Assembly (NCBI GenBank): GCA_965223845.1
Contig: CBDCXR010000004.1
Span: forward strand, 832,001 to 896,000
DNA length: 64,000 bases
Origin: Planctomycetota bacterium
GTDB lineage: Bacteria > Planctomycetota > UBA8108 > SXIK01
Direction: 5' to 3'
Under the pieces are notes generated by a model. That model saw only the letters and a list, made by a program, of their open reading frames with translations, was not told where the DNA came from and searched no databases. The translations under genes were made by a program, and so were the position numbers. Below, piece after piece: positions 9,154 through 20,200 of this stretch; position 1 is the stretch's first letter, and each line of letters opens with the position of its first letter.

Positions 9154-10971
9154 TCAGCGGCGTCGAATGCGGTGGAGATCTTCGCGCGCCGACCGGAGGT
9201 GAGGGTCGTTCGGACGCGCGGCTTCCCAGCGATCGAGAACGGTCTCGGCGGCGGCGAAGTCTCCCGCTTCGGCGTGAAGTCGAGCGAGATCGCGGTACGC
9301 GTAGTTGTTGCGCGGCTCGGCTTCGATCGCACCCTCGAGGATGCGGCGAGCCGCCTCGGCGTCGCCCGATCTTCGGTGCAGCTCCGCGGCGAGGAGGCGG
9401 TCCTTGTAGAGCGGCGAGTGAGTCAGCGCATCGCGTAGCCACCGCAGACCGCCGGTCGTTCTACCGGTCGAGCAGAGTAGCTTCCCGAGCCGAACGCGAA
9501 GCTTCGATTTTTTCTCGGGACGGACGTTCGGCTCGTCGATCGCGGCGAGGTATTCGCGCTCGAGGAATTCTGTGTACGCCGCGGCGTCGGCGCTTCGACC
9601 CGGCGGAGGACGTTGGGCGACTCGAATCCAGTGACTCCGAAACTCGAGACCCGCGAGGGCACGTCGTTCGACCGGCATGTGGCAGTTCACGCAGCCCGAA
9701 TCCGCGCTGCGGGCGACATCTTCGTGCGCGGTCTCGACGTCCGTATGACAACGCTGACAACTCCGGTCAGGGTCGATCGAAGTTTCGCCGACGTTTCGGT
9801 GCGGATCGTGACAGTCGAGGCAGGAGATGGTCCGCTCCGGTGGGGACTTCCGGAAGCACGCGCTCAGCATCAAGCTCGCTCCGGCGTGACGCGCGAGTGT
9901 GGGGCGAGCCTCCATGACGCGCTCGGGTTCCATGTCCGCCGGACGGCGATGGCAGCCGGCGCAGAATCGCGTCGAGTCGGCCGGCGTGAGATGACCGGGA
10001 TTGAAGATTCCCCAATCGGCAGCGCCGCCCGCCACGGCGGCGAGGTGAACGCTCCCCGGGCCGTGACAGCGTTCGCATTCGACGCCGAATGCCGACGAAG
10101 CCGGGTCGAAACGATCACCGCTGACGGTGAGTACGGTCGAGTGGCACTCCAAACAGTCGCGAGAAAACTCCGGCGAGCGCGCGTAGCCGAGCGGGTGGGG
10201 GTCGCCGCCCGAGCCGGGCGTCATGATCCACTCCCCTCGCTCCGTGAGATGCGTGAGTCGCAGCTCGCGAATGCTGGGGCCCGGTTCGAAGCTCACGGGC
10301 GTGACGGCGCGAGTTCCCGATCCGAGAACGACCGCGACGTCTGCTCGTCGCGCGGGCGACGGGCCGGGCGTGGATTCGAACACGACTCGGTCGCCCTCGA
10401 GGAGGATCCTCGGCGGAGGGCCTTCGCTCTTCGGCCACCGGACCGGATCTGCGAGTTGCGCGCCGTTCGGTTCTACCGAGCGAAACCAGCCGTCACGATG
10501 CGAAGCGGAGAGGCGCCGAGCACTTTGTGCCATGTGATTGTGCGCGCTGAGTTCCACGTGCTCGGAGTGGCAGGCACGGCATGCTTCGGCGCCGACGTAC
10601 GTCGCGCCGCTTCGTGTCCGAGCGTCGTCCGCACCGAATCCGACGACGGGGGAGTTCGGAGGAACGGCATTCGAAACTCCCGCGGGAATCGCCGGAGGGC
10701 CTCCCCGATAGCACCCGGCGAGCGTCACCGCGATCAAGATGAGCCCGCCGGGCACGGCGAAGGACGCGGGTGAGTGCGGCTCGGTGCGCCGTCGAAGCGT
10801 CGCGAAGCCGATCTCGACCACGTAGGAGAATCTCGCGCGAGTCGGGAAGCGTCGATCGACCATCACACCGGCCATCCTCCCGCGACTGGCGCCGAACGCA
10901 ATCGAGAAACGATCCCGTCGCCGTCGAACGCCAAGACCGACCGCGCGGATTCGCGTAGAATCGAGATTCAC
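9154..10971 (-). CDS. Multiheme (7 CxxCH) c-type cytochrome lipoprotein with C-terminal TPRs; true start probably downstream of 10971
   Basis: CRACH, CLECH, CERCH(GPG), CAGCH, CLDCH(DPH), CQRCH, CVNCH(MP); lipobox LAGC; TPR-like C-terminus. Confidence 0.88.
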   Translation of the reverse strand: MNLDSTRIRAVGLGVRRRRDRFSIAFGASRGRMAGVMVDRRFPTRARFSYVVEIGFATLRRRTEPHSPASFAVPGGLILIAVTLAGCYRGGPPAIPAGVSNAVPPNSPVVGFGADDARTRSGATYVGAEACRACHSEHVELSAHNHMAQSARRLSASHRDGWFRSVEPNGAQLADPVRWPKSEGPPPRILLEGDRVVFESTPGPSPARRADVAVVLGSGTRAVTPVSFEPGPSIRELRLTHLTERGEWIMTPGSGGDPHPLGYARSPEFSRDCLECHSTVLTVSGDRFDPASSAFGVECERCHGPGSVHLAAVAGGAADWGIFNPGHLTPADSTRFCAGCHRRPADMEPERVMEARPTLARHAGASLMLSACFRKSPPERTISCLDCHDPHRNVGETSIDPDRSCQRCHTDVETAHEDVARSADSGCVNCHMPVERRALAGLEFRSHWIRVAQRPPPGRSADAAAYTEFLEREYLAAIDEPNVRPEKKSKLRVRLGKLLCSTGRTTGGLRWLRDALTHSPLYKDRLLAAELHRRSGDAEAARRILEGAIEAEPRNNYAYRDLARLHAEAGDFAAAETVLDRWEAARPNDPHLRSAREDLHRIRRR

Positions 10972-11032
10972 TGCGGCCAGGACCCGACGCCCCGACGGGC
11001 GGCGGATCCACTTCGAGGGTATAGAGAGCGCG

Positions 11033-13408
11033 ATGAAACGACCCGAGGAGAACGGTTCGATTCCGAACCCGTCCGATTCTCCTCGGGTGAGGGCGCGAAA
11101 TTTACCGCGCTGGAAGAAGATCGTCTTTTCCCTCGTCGTCGTCGGTTCGGTTCTGTTCCTGATGGAGGCCGCTCTGTGGATCGCCGGAGTGCGTCCGATC
11201 GCGTACGACGAAGATCCCTACGTCGGCTTCGCATCGTATCTGCCGCTCTTCGTCGAGGACGTCCGTGGTGGCGAGACGACGCTCTCGACGGCGCCGGGAA
11301 AGATCGCGCTCTTCAATCCGCAGGCCTTCACACGCGAGAAGCCTTCGGACACCTTCCGCATCTTCTGCGTCGGCGGGTCGACGACGTACGGACGACCCTA
11401 CACCGACGCGACGTCGTTCGCCGGTTGGCTGCGCCGAATGCTTCCGCTGGCCGACTCGTCGCGCAACTGGGAAGTGATCAACGCCGGTGGCATCAGCTAC
11501 GCGAGCTATCGCGTCGCGCGCCTGATGGATGAGCTCGTAGGCTACGATCCAGACCTGTTCATCGTCTACACCGGTCACAACGAGTTTCTCGAGAAGCGAA
11601 CGTACGCCGACCTCGGAGAGACGTCGGAGCTCTTCCTCGCGATCGCGGGGTTCTTTAGTCACACGCGAATCTACTCTCTCGCTCGTCGTGCGCTGCGCGG
11701 ACCACCGGAATCGCGGGCCGCGGTCGACTCGCGCCCGGTTCTTGCCGAGGAGGTGGACGCGATCCTCGATGAAACGGTCGGTCCGTCGACGTACACGCGG
11801 AACGACGCTCTTCGCGACGTAGTTCTCCAGCACTTTCGCTTCAATCTCGTTCGCATCGTCGAGCTCGCCCGATCGGCGGGCGCCAGCGTTCTGTTCGTCA
11901 CACCCGTTTCGAACCTCGAAGACTGTACGCCGTTCAAGAGCTCCTACTCGGACACTTTGCCAGAGGAGACGCGACTCGAGTGCGAGCGACTGATCTCTCG
12001 CGCCGCCGCGACCGGAGCACGGGACGCGATCGAGCTTCTCGATCGGGTCCTCGCGCTGGATCCCCGACACGCCGGCGCACAGTTTCGACGCGCGAGGGCC
12101 CTCGCCGAGCTCGGGCGGGAAGCAGACGCCGAATCCGGTTACCGCCGGGCACGCGACGAAGATGTCTGTTCTCTTCGGGCCCTTTCGAGCATCGTCGATT
12201 CCGTACGCTCCGTGGCGGCGGAGCGGGGCGTCGCGCTCGTCGACTTCGAAGCGATCGTCGCGCGAGACCCGGCGCTTCGCTTCGACCGGGAACTTTTCCT
12301 CGACCACGTACACTTGACCGTCGACGCGCACGGACGCCTAGCCGAGGAGATCGTGAGGGAGCTCGCGCGAGACGAGATCGTTCGACCGGAAGAGGGCTGG
12401 GAGGAGGCAGCGGTCGCCACTGTCGAGCGTGAGATCGAACAGAACATCGACAGAGCGGAGCACGCCGAAGCACTGAAGAACGTCGCCAAGGTCTTCGCGT
12501 GGGCCGGCAAGTTCGACGATGCGTCTCGCATCGCTCAACGCGCCGTCGGTCTCGACGCGGAAGATGCGGAGACCCACTTCGTGCTCGGAGTCACGGCGGA
12601 GAGAGCCGGCGCGCTCGATCGGGCGCAGTCGAGCTACGAGCGGGCCGTTGAGATCGATCCCGAGTACGCGGAGGCGCACAAGAATCTCGGCCGAGTCGCG
12701 GGAATCGCCGGGCGCTGGGGCGACGCCCGCGCCGCCTACGAGCGTGCGCTTTCCTTGCGCGCCGAGTACGTCGACGCGCTCGAAGGATTGGCTCATGCGC
12801 TCGACCGTCTCGGAGCCGGGGACGAGGCGCTGGCGAAGCTGCGTGAGGCGCTTCGAATCGATCCGGGACGGAGCGACGTGCACGCACGGCTCGGACTTCT
12901 CCTGCGAAAGCGAGGTGAGCTTCCAGCCGCGGAACATCATCTTCGTGAAGCGGCGCGCATCTCACCGGACGATGCCCGAGCGCACTCCAATCTCGCGATC
13001 GTGCTCGACGAGCGCGGCAACGCATCGAAAGCCCGCGAGCACTACCAGGCGGCGCTCCGCCTTCGGCCTGACTACGTCGTCGCCCTCGATAACTACGCCA
13101 ATCTATTCGCACGTGAAGGAAACTTGTCCGGGGCTATCGATCAGTTCGCCGCGGCATTGCGCTACGATCCGGAGCACGCGGGAATTCGGCAGAAGCTCGA
13201 CGTGATCGCGTCGCGGCTGCGACGGGTCCTCGCCGTGAAGCCGGCGGACGCGGAAGCGAGCTTCTATCTCGGCCTCGCCGAGCGTGCGCTCGGAGACGAT
13301 GCCGGCGGGCTCGAGCGGCTACGGCAGGCGGAGGAACTCGCGCGAGCGGCGGGTGACGCTCGACTCGCGAACGAGATCGCCGCGCGGGTGCGGAGTACGA
13401 CCCGGTGA
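11033..13408 (+). CDS. Membrane-anchored SGNH/GDSL-hydrolase-like protein with TPR array
   Basis: N-terminal TM; FCVGGSTTYG, EVINAGGISYAS, YTGHNEF and FLDHVH blocks; about 9 TPRs in the C-terminal half. Confidence 0.85.
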   Translation: MKRPEENGSIPNPSDSPRVRARNLPRWKKIVFSLVVVGSVLFLMEAALWIAGVRPIAYDEDPYVGFASYLPLFVEDVRGGETTLSTAPGKIALFNPQAFTREKPSDTFRIFCVGGSTTYGRPYTDATSFAGWLRRMLPLADSSRNWEVINAGGISYASYRVARLMDELVGYDPDLFIVYTGHNEFLEKRTYADLGETSELFLAIAGFFSHTRIYSLARRALRGPPESRAAVDSRPVLAEEVDAILDETVGPSTYTRNDALRDVVLQHFRFNLVRIVELARSAGASVLFVTPVSNLEDCTPFKSSYSDTLPEETRLECERLISRAAATGARDAIELLDRVLALDPRHAGAQFRRARALAELGREADAESGYRRARDEDVCSLRALSSIVDSVRSVAAERGVALVDFEAIVARDPALRFDRELFLDHVHLTVDAHGRLAEEIVRELARDEIVRPEEGWEEAAVATVEREIEQNIDRAEHAEALKNVAKVFAWAGKFDDASRIAQRAVGLDAEDAETHFVLGVTAERAGALDRAQSSYERAVEIDPEYAEAHKNLGRVAGIAGRWGDARAAYERALSLRAEYVDALEGLAHALDRLGAGDEALAKLREALRIDPGRSDVHARLGLLLRKRGELPAAEHHLREAARISPDDARAHSNLAIVLDERGNASKAREHYQAALRLRPDYVVALDNYANLFAREGNLSGAIDQFAAALRYDPEHAGIRQKLDVIASRLRRVLAVKPADAEASFYLGLAERALGDDAGGLERLRQAEELARAAGDARLANEIAARVRSTTR

Positions 13409-15120
13409 GATCGCCCGCCCTTCGCGCAGTTCTCTCCGTACGACGACCGGCTCTCGCCGTCGCGGCGGTGCTCTCGATCGTCGCGTGCGGCGACTCGGGT
13501 GCACGTCGCCCGGAGGTGTCGCCGAGCTTTGCCGCCGAGCTCGAACCCGCCGTTCGCCGGCAGTTCGAAGAGACGCTCGAGCGAGCGCAAACGCATCCGG
13601 ACGACGGCGACGCCCTCGGATCCATCGCGCAGTGGTTCGACGCCTACGGCTATCCGGAGCGAGCGGCGCTCTGGTATCGACGGGCACGGGAGATCGCTCC
13701 GGAGGATCCGAGGTGGCCCCGGCACCGCGCGCGGCTCGCGGCCGCCGCCGGCGATACCGCCGAAGCGATCGCTCATGCCCGCGCCGCGACGGAGCTCGAA
13801 TGGGATGCTTGGACGTCCCTCCTCCTCGTGCGACTCCTTCGCGAGACGAGAAACCTCATCGAAGCGGAGCGCGAAGCTAGGCGAATCCTCTCGGCTGCTC
13901 CCGATGACCCGGGTGCGCTCAGCGAGCTCGCCCGGATCGCGATCGAGAGGGGTGAACTCGACGCGGCGCAGGCCCTGGCCGAACGCGCGCGAGCGGCCGC
14001 ACCCGACGGCGCGGCGAGCCTCCACCTGCTCGTCGCGATCGCGACTCGCCGCGGCGACAAAGCTACGGCGCGTCGGTACTCAGCCGAGCTCGCAAAGCTC
14101 TCGAGTCGACCGGCGCCCGACCCGATCGAGCTCGCGCTGTCCGAGCTTCGGCTCGACACCGAGTCGCTGCTTCGCCGCGCCGCGGCTCGATTCAAAGCCG
14201 GTGAGTTCACCGCGGCCCTCGCGCTCTACGAGCGCTGCGAATCGAGTCGAGACGATCTCACGATGCTCGACTACAACATCGGCTTCTGCCTCCAGCGGCT
14301 CGGACGGACGAACGACGCGCGCGCTCGGTATCGACGGTTTTTGAGCCATCGCCCCGAGAGCGTCGACGGCTGGAACCATCTCGGACTCTGCGATCTCGAA
14401 ACGGGAGATCTCGCCGCGGCCGGGGCGGCGTTTGATCGCGCGCTGGCGCTCGATCCAAATCGTCCGAGCACGCTTCGGAATCGCGCCGGCGTAGCGATCC
14501 GTCAGCGCGATTTCGCTCGTGCGTCTGAATTGCTCTCGCGCGCGATGGCCCAGGGCGGAGGCACAGCAGACGAGCGTGTCGAACTCGCTGCGCTTCTCCA
14601 TGGTCAGGGGGATTTCGACCGAGCGCTCGCACAGCTCGCGGCGGCACTCGCTGCACATCCGGGCCACACCGCGGCGCGCGAGGCCGTCGCCCGGGGCGCG
14701 GGACGCGTCGACCTCGCGACGGACGATCGTGGACTAGCCGCGTTTCTCGCGCGGCGGGAGTTTCACGCCGCAGCGATTTCGCTACTCCGGCAGAGCGTCG
14801 AACGCGGGGAGTGGAAGAGCGCGGTGGCGCTCGCTTGGCTGCTCGCGACTTGTCCCGAAGTCTCTCTTCGTTCACCCCTCGAGGCGATTGCGATCGTCGA
14901 ACCGCTCTGCCGCGGCCCGGCCGCTTCCGATCCCGTCGCGCTCGACACGCTCGCGGCTGCGTACGGCGCCGCAAAGCGCTGGTCGGACGCCGTGGAAACC
15001 GCCGAGCGGGCGGTCGAGCTCGCTCGCTCACGCGCCGCGTCAGCGTCGTCCGCGGTCCGCGTGGAAGCGATGGAAGCCCGTCTGAGCATGTACCGTAAGC
15101 AGATCCGGGAGGCCGAGTGA
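13405..15120 (+). CDS. TPR-repeat lipoprotein
   Basis: GTG start overlapping the upstream TGA; lipobox IVAC; many TPRs; C-terminal 'ALAWLLATCP...LDTLAAAY' motif. Confidence 0.82.
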   Translation: MRSPALRAVLSVRRPALAVAAVLSIVACGDSGARRPEVSPSFAAELEPAVRRQFEETLERAQTHPDDGDALGSIAQWFDAYGYPERAALWYRRAREIAPEDPRWPRHRARLAAAAGDTAEAIAHARAATELEWDAWTSLLLVRLLRETRNLIEAEREARRILSAAPDDPGALSELARIAIERGELDAAQALAERARAAAPDGAASLHLLVAIATRRGDKATARRYSAELAKLSSRPAPDPIELALSELRLDTESLLRRAAARFKAGEFTAALALYERCESSRDDLTMLDYNIGFCLQRLGRTNDARARYRRFLSHRPESVDGWNHLGLCDLETGDLAAAGAAFDRALALDPNRPSTLRNRAGVAIRQRDFARASELLSRAMAQGGGTADERVELAALLHGQGDFDRALAQLAAALAAHPGHTAAREAVARGAGRVDLATDDRGLAAFLARREFHAAAISLLRQSVERGEWKSAVALAWLLATCPEVSLRSPLEAIAIVEPLCRGPAASDPVALDTLAAAYGAAKRWSDAVETAERAVELARSRAASASSAVRVEAMEARLSMYRKQIREAE

Positions 15121-15295
15121 CGGAACGGGGATGGCGAGGATCTTCAGCAAGGATTTGAGCTCGGTGGCAGAGCGATCCATTCGGTCGCGCTCCTCGCCGA
15201 GCTTCCGCGACGATTCCTCCGGATTCGCTCGTGGCTCGTTTCGCGTCGCGGATCGGGAAGCTTCGCGTTTCGACTTCGGACGCGTTTTCTCCGAA

Positions 15296-17086
15296 ATGCG
15301 CAGGCGAAACCCATCGCCCATTCACGGTTCTCGTCCGCGAGATCGATTCTTCGCGCGCGCGCGCGGGCCGTGGAGCGCGCTCGCTCGTACGCTCACGGTC
15401 GTCGCGACGACCATGAGCGTGCTCGCGTGCTCGGGTGAGCGGCCGAACGAGGTGCGATCGTCGACCCCGATGCCTTCGCCGCCTCGATTCGTCGACGGCA
15501 CAGCGTCCGCAGGAATCGAATTCGCGCACGAGAGCGGTGCGCGGGGTCGATACTTCCTCCCGGAGATCATCGGTTCGGGGTGTGCCGTGTTCGACTACGA
15601 CGGGGACGGTGATCTCGATCTCTTCTTCGTCCAGGGCTCGCTCATCGATGGAGCCGCAGGGGAAGAGAAGGCGGGGCCGACGCATCGATTGTTTCGAAGC
15701 GAGCTCGCCGGCGGAACATCGCTTCGCTTCATCGACGTGACGACGGACGCCGGAGTTGGCTTTCGCGACTGCGGAATGGGCTGCGCAGTGGGAGATGTCG
15801 ACGGCGACGGCCACCGAGATCTCTACATCACCGCCTTCGGGCCGAATCGACTCCTCCGAAATCGAGGGGACGGTAAGTTCGGCGACGTGACGGACGCAGC
15901 TGGTTTGGGAGACTCCGGGTTTTCGACCAGCGCGTCGTTTCTCGACTACGATCGGGACGGCGATCTCGATCTTTTCGTCGCTCGCTACGTCGACTACGCG
16001 CCCGCGGAAGACCGCGAATGCACTCGGCTCGGCGGGCGGCGCGACTACTGCGGGCCGCTCAGCTACGCACCGATTTCGGATCGACTCTTTCGCAATGAAG
16101 GCGACGGAACGTTTACGGATGTTTCGGTTGAGACGGGAATCGCAGGAGCCTCGGGGTACGGACTGGGTCTCGTCTCCCGCGACTTCGATGGCGACGGCTG
16201 GGTGGACGTGTTCGTTGCCAACGACGCGTCGCCAAATCACTTCTGGCGAAATCGCGGCGGCCGACGTTTCGAGAACGTCGCGCTAGAGCTCGGTGTCTCG
16301 GTCAACGGTGAGGGGCGAAACGAGGCCGGGATGGGCGTTGCGGCGGCGGATTTCGACCGCGACGGTCAGCTCGACCTCTTCTTGACTCACGAACGCGGAG
16401 AGTCGAATACTCTCTATGAGATGCGAGACGGCTACTACGTCGACGCGACGACGCAGCGCGCTCTGGGAGCCGTGAGTCGTCCCTTCGTGGGTTTTGGAAC
16501 CGTCCCCATCGACTTCGACCGAGACGGGTGGCTCGACATCTTCGTCGCGAACGGAGCGGTGAGAAAGCTCCCGAATCGATTGGACGCGGCGAATCCCTAC
16601 GTCCAGCCAGACCGACTCTACCGTCGCGGCGCCGAGCGATTCACCGAGGTGAGCGCGGAAGATTCCGGAGCGATCGCTGAGCTGCACGCAAGTCGTGGCG
16701 CCGCGACCGGCGATCTCGATCAAGACGGCGACGTCGATATCGTCGTCACCTCAAATCGAGGGCAGGCCCGAATCCTGCTAGACGATTCGAAGAGAGACTC
16801 GAATTGGGTCTCGCTAGAACTCGTTGGCCGGCCTTCGAATCGCGACGCGTACGGCGCGCGTGTGCGGATCGATCTCGCCAGTGGAGGCACCGTCCTGCGC
16901 TGGGCGGGAACGGACGGCAGCTACCTGAGCGCGAGCTCTCCCCGACTCGTCGTCGGGCTCGGAAAGGGCGTCGCCGAGAGGATCACCGTTGCCTGGCTGT
17001 CGGGAGCCGTCGAGACGTGGACCGCGATCCCGTCGCGATCTCGATTCGTCTTGCGCGAAGGGAGCGGGAGCCGTCCGCCCGAGTGA
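15296..17086 (+). CDS. CRTAC1 family protein (FG-GAP/VCBS propeller + ASPIC/UnbV domain), lipoprotein
   Basis: Repeated DxDxDGxxDL; EAGMGV; ASRGAATGDLDQDGDVD; NRDAYGARV and GSYLSASS ASPIC motifs; lipobox VLAC. Start chosen at ATG 15296 (ORF open from 15131). Confidence 0.9.
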   Translation: MRRRNPSPIHGSRPRDRFFARARGPWSALARTLTVVATTMSVLACSGERPNEVRSSTPMPSPPRFVDGTASAGIEFAHESGARGRYFLPEIIGSGCAVFDYDGDGDLDLFFVQGSLIDGAAGEEKAGPTHRLFRSELAGGTSLRFIDVTTDAGVGFRDCGMGCAVGDVDGDGHRDLYITAFGPNRLLRNRGDGKFGDVTDAAGLGDSGFSTSASFLDYDRDGDLDLFVARYVDYAPAEDRECTRLGGRRDYCGPLSYAPISDRLFRNEGDGTFTDVSVETGIAGASGYGLGLVSRDFDGDGWVDVFVANDASPNHFWRNRGGRRFENVALELGVSVNGEGRNEAGMGVAAADFDRDGQLDLFLTHERGESNTLYEMRDGYYVDATTQRALGAVSRPFVGFGTVPIDFDRDGWLDIFVANGAVRKLPNRLDAANPYVQPDRLYRRGAERFTEVSAEDSGAIAELHASRGAATGDLDQDGDVDIVVTSNRGQARILLDDSKRDSNWVSLELVGRPSNRDAYGARVRIDLASGGTVLRWAGTDGSYLSASSPRLVVGLGKGVAERITVAWLSGAVETWTAIPSRSRFVLREGSGSRPPE

Positions 17087-17242
17087 TCTGCGAGTGAGGC
17101 CCGGAGAACGATCTTCGCACTCAGCGCGTGTCGAGGCACAATCGAGACGATCGAAGACTCCGGTGAGCGCGACCGATCGCGCTGCGGGCGCGCTCGTCCG
17201 GGTCCTCGACCGACGATCTGCGGCTCGCACGAGAGAGATGTC

Positions 17243-20200
17243 ATGACGATGGCAACGACGGCTCGGGTTTTCGCGTGGACCGCAGCCGTCATCGTGCTCT
17301 CGCGGGTTGATTTGTCTCTCGCGAGCGATCTCGTCCCGAGTGGCGATATCGTCATCAGCGAAATCTCGTACAACCCGCCGCCCGAGCTGGGTCCCGACTC
17401 GGCGCTCGAGTTCGTCGAGATTCACAACCGGAGCGACGCGCCGGTCGATCTCTCGGGCTGGCGTCTCAAGGATGCCGACGATGCGCACGAGTATCGGATT
17501 CCCGGCGGCGTCGAGTTGCCGCCGGGTGGAGATCTCGTTATCGCGCGCGACCCCGCGAGTCTACGGGCGGTGTACGGCGATGACGTCGAGGCCGTCGGGC
17601 CGTTCGACTTTGGACTCGGGAACGGCGGCGATACCGTTCGTCTCTTCGACACCGCCGGACTGCTGGTAGATCGCGTCGAGTACGAAGACGACGGCGCGTG
17701 GCCGGTCGAGGCCGATGCGAACGGTGCCACCCTCGAGCGGATCTCGCTCTCGTCCGACCGCACCGATTTCGCAAATTTCGCGGCGAGCGACGACGACGGC
17801 TTGCCGGGGACGCCCGGGGCGGTGAATTCGCGCTCCGGCGAGATACCGTCCCGCCACGCCGTCGTGATTAGCGAGGTGCAGTATCATCCGGTCGTCCTGC
17901 CGGGTGCGAGTCCGCTGCTTCACTGCAGCGACGACGAGTTTATCGAGATCTACAACGGAGGTTCGACCGCGATCGACATTTCGGGTTGGCGCTTTGCGGA
18001 CGGAATTCGCTACGAGTTTCCCGCGGGGACGGAGATCGGTCCCGGCGAACACCTCGCACTCTTTCGCGACCGAGAGGCATTCGAGTCCAAGTACGGGAGC
18101 GACGTTCCCGCGCTCGGGCCGTACGCCGGTGCTCTCGACAACGGGGGAGAACGAGTCCTTCTCGTCGACGCGGAGAGCCGACCCGTCGACGTCATCGACT
18201 ACGACGACACGTTTCCGTGGCCCGTCAATCCGGATGGAATCCGCGGATCGATCGAGCTCGTCGACACGGACCGCGACAACGACCGCGGCGGCGCATGGCG
18301 CGCGAGCCGCGACCCCTTCGGCTCTCCCGGCCGCACGAACTCCGTTCGCCGCGAGTTTCTCGACACGGGATCCCACAGCGGACCGCAGGTCACGAAGATC
18401 CGTGCCGTCGCCGCGAGCGATCGCGACCGGCGAGAGCTCACGTCGCGGGATCGGGTGATCGTCGAGGCTCGGATTCTCGATCGGGACGGCGTCAGCGACG
18501 TCGCTCTCGAGTGGCAGGTGTGCTCGCCCGGCGACTACATACCGCGCACGGATGAGCGTTTTGACACCGAGTGGAATTCGATGCGTATGCGCTACGACGT
18601 CGACTCGACGGTGTTCACCGCCGTTCTGGAGCCGTTTCCGCACCGCACGCTCGTCCGGTATCGCATCCGAGCGACGGACGCGGGCGAATCTCCCGTCTCA
18701 ACGGACGCTCCAACGCGCGAGGATCCCGAGCCAAACCTCGCGTTCTTCGTTTACGACGGCGTTCCCGATTACATCGCGTCCGAGCGGAGCGCATTCGGGG
18801 ATCCCGGATACGTTCACACCGGGCTCGATCGAGTTCCGGTCTACCACGTGATCGGACGCGCAGCGGATATCGAGTCACTCCTCTACGAGAGATTCCCCCT
18901 CGATGACGTCTACCGCTGGCACGTCACCTTCGTCCACGAAGGGCGCGTGCACGACCATTGTCGTATCCGCCTGCGGACCGGGCACCGCTACAGTTGGCCC
19001 AAACGCGCGCTCAAGATTCGGTTCAACAAAGGCAATCTCTTTCGCGGCAGATTCAACGACGGTGAGCGTTATCCGAGTGCTCGGCGCACCTTGAACCTGA
19101 ACACGGCCCAGCACGACCCGGGAAAGCCGCGCGGCGAGTCCGGTGTGTTCGAGACGCTCGCCTGGAAGCTCTTTCGGGATGCTGGCGTCTTTGCGGCGAC
19201 GACGACCTTGATCCAGCTCCGGATCGTCCGTTCTCCAGACGAGCACGCGCAATTCGACGGAGACTTCTTCGGCGTCTATCTCGAGGTTCAGTCGCTCGAT
19301 GAGCAAGCTCTCAAGGAGCAGGGGCGTCCCGCCGGCGAGGCTGATCGACTGTACAAAATGGCGGGAGCTCCCGAAAAGAGGCATCCCGATTGCGATCTCT
19401 CGACGGACGACGTCGACGCATTTATGGCCGGCTACGAAACGAACCCCGGGAGAGAGTGGTACGACGAGCACCTCCATCTCGAGCGGTACTTCGCGTTTCG
19501 GAGCGTCGTGGAGCTCGCCGACAACCACGACATGGATTCGCTGAAAAACTTTTACTACTACTTCGACAGCGAATCGCGGCGCTGGGAGGTCGTTCCGTGG
19601 GACCTCGACAACACGTTCGGCGCGCAGGCGAGCGGAGACGAACCGCTCAGCAACCGCGTCCTCCCGCTCTACCCGGCAGAATCGCGAAACCATCTTCGCC
19701 ACGCGTGGCAGCTGCTCTACGACGAGCGGAGGATGTTCTCGATGATCGATGAACTCCGCGAGTTGATCGGTCCTCTCGCCGATGCCGACCAGGACCGCTG
19801 GGACACCGAACCGCGCGTCGCCTGTCCGACCTGGCCATCGCGTCCCGAGGGAAACTGTCTTCAGTATCGCTCGTTCGAAGTGCGAATGCGGGAACTCAAG
19901 CGGTGGATCCGCAGTCGGTCGAAGTTCGTCCGCGCTCTCTTCGTGGATCCTGCCGCGCCGCGTGCGCCGTCGAGCGCGCTCGCGTGGGAAGACGGGCCGC
20001 TGGCGCGCCCGATCGTCCTTCGCTCGAGCGAGTTCGACGATCCCGATCCCGGCGATCTCCATTCCGCGTCGCGCTGGCTCGTCATCGAGCGCGGCGGAGA
20101 TTGGGCTGAGCCCCTCTGGGAGTGGACGTCGACGGTCGATCTTTCGCGGACGAGTGTGCCCGACGAAGCTTTACCCGATGGCGGCGAGTTCCTCTTCCGC